Source of the DNA: a virus
Direction: 5' to 3' (one strand)
DNA length: 64,000 bases
IMG/VR virus record: IMGVR_UViG_3300010157_000040
Span: 1-64,000 of that record
The notes under the pieces were generated by a model that did no database searches, was not told where the DNA came from, and was given only the letters and a program-made list of their open reading frames with translations. Both the position numbers and the translations under genes were made by a program. Below, in pieces: positions 7,880-14,344 of the stretch; positions within the stretch are counted from its first letter, which is position 1, and every line of letters starts with the position of its first letter.

Positions 7880-8155
7880 TTACAATGATGCTAATACATC
7901 AGCAAACATAGCAGGTGTAGCAATAGTTGCACTAGTTCCCGTAAGAACAGTTAACCATAACTTGTCACCATCTACTATGGCTTCAACATTGTAGGTATTT
8001 CCTACTGTTGCTTTAGATACGGATTTCTCCCATATCTTAGCAAAGTATTCAGTACCACCAATGTTAACAATGCAAGAACGGAACATAGTTCCATTTACAT
8101 TGGCCTTAACTGTATCAGAAAATGATGTAAGTGAACCACTTAACATTTTTTCCAT
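7880..8155 (-). CDS. OB-fold-like small protein, paralog A (likely start MEKMLSG at 8155)
   Basis: 91 aa; shares NVNGTxFRSC, YFAKxWEKS, IVDGDKLWLT, ATPxMFA with 8507-8782. Confidence 0.75.
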   Translation of the reverse strand: MEKMLSGSLTSFSDTVKANVNGTMFRSCIVNIGGTEYFAKIWEKSVSKATVGNTYNVEAIVDGDKLWLTVLTGTSATIATPAMFADVLASL

Positions 8156-8506
8156 ATACCTGTAGGGGTTTAGGGTTAAATATTTCAGGTCTTTCCTGAA
8201 ATTATATCCATAATAGTAGGAAGCTGTATATTTCATTTGCTGCCGCAGGCCAAACACAAAAACATTAGGTGCAGACATAACTGTGTAACCCAAGTGGATA
8301 GTGACCTAAGAAGTTTAAAAAAAAATATATACACCATTTTCAGGTGTATATATAATTTGTTAAGGGTTGCAATAAACATTGTAACATCATTTAACACGTA
8401 GTCAATGGCAACATTTATTATCCATAGTAGTTGAAAGCTGTATACTAAAAGCTGCTGAAAGCATTTAAAAAAAAGAAACACTCATAGAGTGCTTCTGTAG
8501 TTTGGT

Positions 8507-8782
8507 TTACACAGTTAAGTGTGCAAACATTTCTGGTGTTGCTACAACAGCTTTAGTGCCGTTAAGTAGTGTCAACCACAACTTATCACCGTCCACTATA
8601 CCTTCAACATCATAGGTACTGCCAACTTTGATTCCGTTTTGGAAAGATTTTTCCCAAACTTTAGCAAAGTATACAGTTCCGTTGATATCAACAGTACAAG
8701 AACGAAATAAAGTTCCGTTAACATTAGGTTTAGTTTCATTAGAAACTGTTTTAAGAACACCTTTTAAGATTAAATTTTCCAT
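8507..8782 (-). CDS. OB-fold-like small protein, paralog B
   Basis: 91 aa, all-beta pattern with YFAKVWEKS...IKVGSTYDVEG typical of OB folds (inference). Confidence 0.75.
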   Translation of the reverse strand: MENLILKGVLKTVSNETKPNVNGTLFRSCTVDINGTVYFAKVWEKSFQNGIKVGSTYDVEGIVDGDKLWLTLLNGTKAVVATPEMFAHLTV

Positions 8783-8893
8783 AAGATTTTTTTTAGATTA
8801 TGGGTTAATAATAATTTATATCCATAGTAGTTTAAAGTTGTATTAATGAAAGCTGCCAAAGGCATTTTAAAAAAAAGGGAATTAACCCTTTCA

Positions 8894-9142
8894 TTACTTT
8901 AGAATTAAAATTTCATGATATAAATCTTCTATTACTAAATCATCCATAAATTCTAATAAGTCTATACTTCTTAGTTTCCTATGTGTTAATATATTAATGC
9001 GGTTATCTGCATTACTTAATATTATTATATAAGGAAATCTATTGTTATATGAACTATAATAGTCATTATGATATACTGATCTTTCACAGATATCTATATT
9101 AGTTATCTTATTTTCTATTGCAATTTCTTTAATTGTTTTCAT
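8894..9142 (-). CDS. hypothetical protein
   Basis: 82-aa ORF between a promoter-motif copy and terminator AAAGGGTTAATTCCCTTTTTTT. Confidence 0.65.
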   Translation of the reverse strand: MKTIKEIAIENKITNIDICERSVYHNDYYSSYNNRFPYIIILSNADNRINILTHRKLRSIDLLEFMDDLVIEDLYHEILILK

Positions 9143-9196
9143 TTTAAATAAGTTTAAAAATTAATAATCATTAGAAGTATTAAGTTGTATAATAAT

Positions 9197-9290
9197 AAAA
9201 GAGAAAACCCCGCAGTTACTACGTGCACTTAATTTTAGATGTGGTGTATATTAATTGTGCATTCCACTTATCATATTGGAATTTTCTCAT
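9197..9290 (-). ncRNA. putative small structured RNA (four-way junction)
   Basis: Starts at a promoter-motif copy; closing stem GAGAAAA/UUUUCUC plus U-run; inner hairpins UUCCA/UGGAA, UGCAC/GUGCA, CGUAG/CUGCG. Confidence 0.45.
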
Positions 9291-9331
9291 TAGAAGTATT
9301 AAGCTGTATAATAAAAACTAATAGGATATCT

Positions 9332-9457
9332 CTATCCTATATAGTCTAACATCATTGGTATAATATACATACTATCCAAAGCAAGTGATGTAAAGAACAT
9401 CTGAATTTTTTCTTTCCGAGTTCCTTTCCAATTACATACTATTATCAAAGTTATCAT
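9332..9457 (-). CDS. small hydrophobic protein (41 aa), not in the ORF track
   Basis: MITLIIVCNWKGTRKEKIQMFFTSLALDSMYIIPMMLDYIG directly downstream of the outermost promoter-motif copy; stop inside hairpin ATAGGATA/TATCCTAT. Confidence 0.45.
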   Translation of the reverse strand: MITLIIVCNWKGTRKEKIQMFFTSLALDSMYIIPMMLDYIG

Positions 9458-9565
9458 AATTATATTTTTTAATATTCCATAGAAGTATGAAGTTGTAGTT
9501 TCTTTTCTCTGGAAAAAATCTTTTGAAAATTATTCCTGTGTGTCATAGGCTACTATACAAAACAG

Positions 9566-10085
9566 CAGGGGGTACACCCATTCCGGCAAGTGGGTGGGGT
9601 CATCCTGATAGGGGTCCACTTCCATATCTCACATACTAAATTTTCATTTTACCCAGTTCATTTGTCCAGTAATTTGTCCAGTAAATGGTGCAAGAAACTT
9701 GACATTCTGGGGGGATACTTATGTGGTAAAATGCCGGGGGGGTCTAGCTATTCTGAGGTACCTGTAACAGTCTACCTACCTCTACTGCATAGACATGGTG
9801 AAAATTTTTATGTAAGATTGTGTCGCAAATATCTGCTATATTTGAGACAGAATTTTCCACCATAACAGGAATATAACTAGTTTAGTGATGGAAATCTTCC
9901 ACTATAAGTATATAAAGTGCATGAATTTTTCCAAAATCTTCATGCATAATGTAACTTATAAGTAACAAAAAAGTCTACAATTTGTAAACTATATATAGCA
10001 TTATATGTAAAATTTAAGGGAATAGCTTTATTTAATATGCAAAACTTTAAGGGTATAACCTTACAAAATTTACATTTGTGCATAA
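9566..10085. repeat. strand-switch region with G-tracts, a 12-bp tandem repeat and a run of short palindromes (candidate origin or packaging terminus)
   Basis: G-runs at 9568, 9592, 9596, 9611, 9709, 9736; ATTTGTCCAGTA x2 at 9660-9683; inverted repeats at 9821-10063. Confidence 0.5.
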
Positions 10086-10141
10086 TCATAATTACTTGTA
10101 CCAAAAAATTTAGTATATTAAGTATATAAACAATTTTACTT

Positions 10142-10522
10142 ATGTATAATTTTAATGTAGAAGTTAAAAAAAGTAAAAACCCTAAATGTGATATGGGTTT
10201 ATTTGCTAAAGAATTTATACCAATGAATTCTATAGTATGGGAATTTACAGAACACATTGATGCTAAAGTTCCCCTAGCAATATATGATGACTTAAATGCA
10301 GCACAAAAAAATTTTTGTGACAAGTATGGTTATGTACAAAATGAATGGTTATACTTACTTAATGATTTAGGTAAATTTGTAAATCATAGCATAACTCCAA
10401 ATACAGAATATAAAAATGGAAAAGTATATGCTGTTAAAGATATTAATATAGGTGATGAAATTTGGGAAAACTATAGTAAGTTTGATGATAATTTTAATAA
10501 ATATAAAGATGAACTTTTATAA
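10142..10522 (+). CDS. SET-domain lysine methyltransferase
   Basis: GLFAKEFI...FVNHSITPN...YAVKDINIGDEIWENY: SET motifs I, III (NHS) and IV (E...Y). Confidence 0.88.
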   Translation: MYNFNVEVKKSKNPKCDMGLFAKEFIPMNSIVWEFTEHIDAKVPLAIYDDLNAAQKNFCDKYGYVQNEWLYLLNDLGKFVNHSITPNTEYKNGKVYAVKDINIGDEIWENYSKFDDNFNKYKDELL

Positions 10523-10583
10523 CTAAAGTTACATACCCATAATACATGAAAATATTCTTTGATCATATTAATACTTTTACAAT

Positions 10584-10781
10584 ATGATATATGAACCTAA
10601 TAATAGAATTGATGTTGATACACCAAAAGGTCCAGGTGCAATATGGTTAGTAACTGACTATGGTCATGAGACTGATACTATCTATACAGTAATTATAAAT
10701 GCTACCGGAGAACTATGGCAGTATACTCATAAAGATATAAGAGTTAAAAATAACATAACCTTTGGTAGAGTAATTAAATAA
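10584..10781 (+). CDS. hypothetical protein
   Basis: 65-aa beta-rich ORF. Confidence 0.7.
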   Translation: MIYEPNNRIDVDTPKGPGAIWLVTDYGHETDTIYTVIINATGELWQYTHKDIRVKNNITFGRVIK

Positions 10782-10816
10782 TTATTTGTATATTAGTATA
10801 TAACAAATAACTCAAC

Positions 10817-11350
10817 ATGAAAAAAACAAACAAAGTTAATCCACTTGAATTTTTTAGAAAATCTGCGGAAGCTAGACATAAAGCAATTACTTCAGGTAAT
10901 ACTACTGAACCAAAACAAAAATTAACAAAAGCACAGACAGGTATAGCAGTAAATGATACTATAAATAGACCGTATAATAATGTTATAGATGTTAATCAAA
11001 AAGTAAAAGATATATTACCATCTAATAATGTTCCTAGACCTGTAATATTAGGAGATTATAATTCTAAAAAAAATGACATATATGATGCATATATGGAATC
11101 TATAACTAATAAACCAAAACCTAATACACCTCTTTCACCTGAAAATTCTGGAACTATGCAAGCTAGAAGTAATGCATATCAGAAAACAGGTGGTACACAT
11201 AAAATGCCAAATGGTAAAGTAATGCTTAATTCTAAAATGAAAATGGGTGGAACTACTAAAGCAACTAAGTTTGCAGCATTAGCTCCTCCATATAATAAAG
11301 CAACAGCAGCAGATAGAATTGCAGGTGCTAAGAAAAATAAAAAGAAATAA
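10817..11350 (+). CDS. Lys-rich basic protein with xxGG motifs
   Basis: YQKTGG, MKMGG; HKMPNGKVM; basic termini. Confidence 0.7.
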   Translation: MKKTNKVNPLEFFRKSAEARHKAITSGNTTEPKQKLTKAQTGIAVNDTINRPYNNVIDVNQKVKDILPSNNVPRPVILGDYNSKKNDIYDAYMESITNKPKPNTPLSPENSGTMQARSNAYQKTGGTHKMPNGKVMLNSKMKMGGTTKATKFAALAPPYNKATAADRIAGAKKNKKK

Positions 11351-11351
11351 T

Positions 11352-11918
11352 ATGAAAAAGTTTATATTACTATTAATGTTATCAGTATCTAGTTTAGCAT
11401 ATACTCAGAATCATGCTCTTTATATTTACAAAGGTAAGTTTGCATTTTGTGGTGCATCTGCTGCAGTCCCTACCGGTAAACTAATTACTGTTCAAGGTAG
11501 AACATTTTTAGAAGGATGTTCAGTATGTCCTGTATTAGATGGTCCGTCTATTGGTAATTCTTATTTAGTTCCGGATCCTTCTGTATCTCCAGATGGAACA
11601 GATAGTACAGTATGGTCATTCTTTTGGTATTCAGATTCTGTACCTCAAGCACCAACATGGGAAGTTCTTCCTACAGTAAATAGATCCTTTGTAGTATCTG
11701 ATACCTTAGGTGGAGGAATGAGTAACATGTTCTGTATGCCATGTAAATATTTTAAAGAAGTTAACGGAATTACATTAGTTAAATGTTATGGTCCTCTTAA
11801 TGAAGCTGCGGTACCTTTAAAGAAAGCAATGAGAGTTCATAAAGGACAAACTTCAATTACACAAGCACCTGTTGGAGCACCATATCCAGTAGGAACTATC
11901 ATACCTGTAAAGAATTAG
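11352..11918 (+). CDS. secreted/periplasmic Cys-containing protein (likely start MKKFILL at 11352)
   Basis: Sec signal peptide MKKFILLLMLSVSSLAYT; CSVC and CMPC pairs. Confidence 0.7.
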   Translation: MKKFILLLMLSVSSLAYTQNHALYIYKGKFAFCGASAAVPTGKLITVQGRTFLEGCSVCPVLDGPSIGNSYLVPDPSVSPDGTDSTVWSFFWYSDSVPQAPTWEVLPTVNRSFVVSDTLGGGMSNMFCMPCKYFKEVNGITLVKCYGPLNEAAVPLKKAMRVHKGQTSITQAPVGAPYPVGTIIPVKN

Positions 11919-11920
11919 TC

Positions 11921-12193
11921 ATGGCAAAGACAGCAGCATGGCAAAGAAAAGAAGGTAAAAATCCTGCAGGAGGATTGAATGCAAAAGGTGTAGCAAGTTA
12001 TAGAGCAGCTAACCCTGGTAGTAAACTTAAGATGGCAGTTACTACTAAACCATCTAAACTTAAACCAGGTAGTAAAGATGCTAATAGAAGAAAAAGTTTT
12101 TGTGCAAGAATGTCTGGTATGCCGGGTCCTGCAAAAAAACCAAATGGTGAACCAACAAGAAAGACTCTTGCATTAAGAAAATGGAACTGCTAA
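11921..12193 (+). CDS. conserved small basic phage protein (DUF6321-like)
   Basis: AWQRKEGKNPAGGLNAKGVASY...RRKSFCARMSG...ALRKWNC. Confidence 0.75.
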   Translation: MAKTAAWQRKEGKNPAGGLNAKGVASYRAANPGSKLKMAVTTKPSKLKPGSKDANRRKSFCARMSGMPGPAKKPNGEPTRKTLALRKWNC

Positions 12194-12672
12194 CTATAAA
12201 ACCAGAACTTAATATACTATCTATAGAAGAAGAAAAAGATTTATTAGATAAGTTATTAAATGAACAAGGTATAAGATCAACTGATAGAACTTTAATAAGA
12301 TATGGTAATTCAGTTTATGGTCATGATAAACTAGATCCTATACCACAATATTTATTAGACTTATCCAATAAGTTAATTGATAAAAAAATACTAGATAGTA
12401 TTCCAGAAGATATAACTGTAAATACTTATTATCCAGGAGACAAAATAATTCCCCACATAGATAAGATAGATGCAGGACCTGTGATAACTATATTAAGTTT
12501 GTTATCTGAAGCAAAACTTATTTTAACATATGGTTCTAAAAAACAAATTATATTATTACCTTCCAGATCTATTATACAACTTAAAGGAGTATATAGAACA
12601 CATTGGAAACATAGTATAGAAAAATTAAAACAGAAAAGAATATCAATAGTATTTAGACAAACCGGTAAATAA
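12181..12672 (+). CDS. AlkB-family 2OG-Fe(II) dioxygenase
   Basis: VNTYYPGDKIIPHID (HxD), WKHSI (distal His), RISIVFR (RxSxxxR). Confidence 0.85.
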   Translation: MELLTIKPELNILSIEEEKDLLDKLLNEQGIRSTDRTLIRYGNSVYGHDKLDPIPQYLLDLSNKLIDKKILDSIPEDITVNTYYPGDKIIPHIDKIDAGPVITILSLLSEAKLILTYGSKKQIILLPSRSIIQLKGVYRTHWKHSIEKLKQKRISIVFRQTGK

Positions 12673-12678
12673 AAAGTT

Positions 12679-12819
12679 ATGGCAAAGATTAAGGATAGTG
12701 GAATGAACACTAAAGTAAAAAAAAGTATCTCTAGACCAGGAATACATGCTAAGAGTGGAACCTCTCAGTTGAAGTCTTCAAAAAAATATAAAAAATTATA
12801 TAGAGGTCAAGGAAAATAA
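12679..12819 (+). CDS. small basic protein (46 aa), not in the ORF track
   Basis: MAKIKDSGMNTKVKKSISRPGIHAKSGTSQLKSSKKYKKLYRGQGK; terminal YRGQGK motif. Confidence 0.7.
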   Translation: MAKIKDSGMNTKVKKSISRPGIHAKSGTSQLKSSKKYKKLYRGQGK

Positions 12820-12822
12820 TTA

Positions 12823-12830
12823 TATATTTG
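12823..12830 (+). promoter_or_regulatory. Bacteroidota-type -7 promoter element TATATTTG
   Basis: Matches TAnnTTTG, 20 nt upstream of the 12851 start. Confidence 0.45.
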
Positions 12831-12850
12831 TACAAACCAAGTAAATAGTT

Positions 12851-13108
12851 ATGGAAGAAAATGTTATAATTAAAGAAACTAAGGTCTACAAGTTTGGAGA
12901 AATCTTAGTAGGTTTAGATTCTGAAGATATTGAAGAATCAGTAGAAGTAGAAGTAAGAAGAAAATTTGCAGAAATTGCAGAACTAGTATTAACTAACTAT
13001 ACTACAGAAGATAGATCTCCAGTAAAGAGTTTAGTATTTGATCATACTATAGGAGAAATCCTTAATGCTCAAATGTGTGTAAGTAAATTATTAAAAACCA
13101 AAATATGA
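12851..13108 (+). CDS. small helical-hairpin protein, possibly Acb2/Tad1-like
   Basis: FGEILVGL...RKFAEIAELV...SLVFDHTIGEILNAQMCVSK; family resemblance recalled, unverified. Confidence 0.4.
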   Translation: MEENVIIKETKVYKFGEILVGLDSEDIEESVEVEVRRKFAEIAELVLTNYTTEDRSPVKSLVFDHTIGEILNAQMCVSKLLKTKI

Positions 13109-13392
13109 AACCGTTTAAAACCCTAAGAGGAAGAAGGATACTTATTGAAGTACCTGTTAAGAAAGAATCAAGTATTACATTATCTGCTAAAGATGAAGAT
13201 GCAATGATGTATGAAGCAATGAAGCAATGGAATAGACTTACTATATTTGCTATTGGTGATAAAGTAGAAGATGTTGTTGTTGGAGATGTAGTATATATTG
13301 CAGTTAGTCAGTTAGAACATGCAGAAAAAGTTGACATTGACGGAAGTGTAAAACTGATGTTGAATGAAATGGACATTGCAATAATCTGGTAA
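13105..13392 (+). CDS. groES: GroES-like co-chaperonin
   Basis: RILIE...ESSITL...IFAIGDKVEDVVVGDVVY...MLNEMDIAII. Confidence 0.75.
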   Translation: MKPFKTLRGRRILIEVPVKKESSITLSAKDEDAMMYEAMKQWNRLTIFAIGDKVEDVVVGDVVYIAVSQLEHAEKVDIDGSVKLMLNEMDIAIIW

Positions 13393-13395
13393 GCC

Positions 13396-13743
13396 ATGGT
13401 AAATATATCTCATGATGATCATCCTACTTATAGTTCTACTATTACAAAAGTGTGGACTCGTGATCAACAAAATACAAATATTAAAGGATCCCTTTGTGAA
13501 GAATTAAATAAAAGAGTTGTAGATTTATCTGATCCAACAAGACCTCAGTACTATGGTGGTAAAGATAATATCTATGAAGTATTTAATGTACTGGAAGAGT
13601 GGGAATTAGATAAAGATTTTTATTTAGGTAATGTAATTAAATACGTAGTAAGAGCTGGTAAAAAAAGTTCTGATATTGACAGTGTTAAACAAGACTTAGA
13701 AAAAGCTTTAGTATATTTACAAAAAAGAATTGATTCATTATGA
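13396..13743 (+). CDS. DUF3310 family protein (T7 gp1.7 nucleotide-kinase-like)
   Basis: PQYY...YEV...FYLGNVIKYVVRAGKK...DLEKALVYL. Confidence 0.8.
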   Translation: MVNISHDDHPTYSSTITKVWTRDQQNTNIKGSLCEELNKRVVDLSDPTRPQYYGGKDNIYEVFNVLEEWELDKDFYLGNVIKYVVRAGKKSSDIDSVKQDLEKALVYLQKRIDSL

Positions 13744-13931
13744 AAATTATAGCCGTAACAATAGTATTAGTATTTATAATTATTTTGTGGTTATTATCAC
13801 ATATAATGTATAAACCTATTTTTGATAAAGTAACACAAAATTTTATTATAGATAAAACAGGAATAGAACTAGCCAACATCTGTATAATGATAATGTTATT
13901 ACTTACCTTTCTATTAGGTGCATGGATTTGA
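13740..13931 (+). CDS. small two-TM membrane protein
   Basis: Two long hydrophobic segments. Confidence 0.65.
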   Translation: MKIIAVTIVLVFIIILWLLSHIMYKPIFDKVTQNFIIDKTGIELANICIMIMLLLTFLLGAWI

Positions 13932-13985
13932 TCTATAGTAGTGTCTTAATTCTCTCCAAGTTTTTCTACACTTTAGATTAAACAG

Positions 13986-14013
13986 ATCCCTAGTTGACGC
14001 TAGGGATTTTTTT
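13986..14013 (+). terminator. intrinsic terminator
   Basis: ATCCCTAG-TTGACG-CTAGGGAT plus T-run. Confidence 0.8.
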
Positions 14014-14041
14014 ATGTCAATAATTTTTAGTATATTATTCT

Positions 14042-14341
14042 ATGGCAGGTGAAGTTATAAAACAAGGAGAAGTATCAGTAGGAGGAACTATTTTATTCAC
14101 AGGTGGAAAAAATGGATCTAAGATAGTAGTTATGAGATTTTTTAATCCAGCCGCATATGTCCTACAATTATTTAGTTACCAAAACTCTTCTACCAGTACA
14201 ATACAGATGTTTGACTTTACTTTAGATGCAGGAGATGTAGTAACTGATTATTTTACATATTCATTAAATGATGGAGATTACATTGAAGTATTTACTGATG
14301 TTGTTGGTACAGAATATTATGTACGTTGTTTTGATAATTAA
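14042..14341 (+). CDS. putative small structural protein
   Basis: 99-aa beta-rich ORF heading the fibre cluster. Confidence 0.6.
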   Translation: MAGEVIKQGEVSVGGTILFTGGKNGSKIVVMRFFNPAAYVLQLFSYQNSSTSTIQMFDFTLDAGDVVTDYFTYSLNDGDYIEVFTDVVGTEYYVRCFDN

Positions 14342-14344
14342 CAT

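Larger units (their letters stand above)
7729..9497 (-). promoter_or_regulatory. seven copies of a ~22-nt promoter-like motif (minus-strand consensus approx. TACARCTTHMWACTWCTAWKG)
   Basis: Copies at ~7729-7751, 8207-8230, 8421-8444, 8821-8843, 9168-9191, 9287-9310, 9476-9497; each lies just upstream of a minus-strand gene or short RNA. Confidence 0.7.

Noticed and set aside
8156-8481. Track ORF 8233-8481 and the N-terminal extension of 7880-8293
   Set aside because: They cross promoter motifs and a terminator; paralog alignment places the true start at 8155
7729-9497. CRISPR array interpretation of the seven repeats
   Set aside because: Spacing is ~120-480 nt and irregular, repeats are degenerate, intervals contain genes and terminators, and no cas genes are present
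9590-10323. Track ORFs 9590-9865 (+) and 9940-10323 (-)
   Set aside because: They run through G-tracts and palindromes or antisense to the SET gene, with atypical composition
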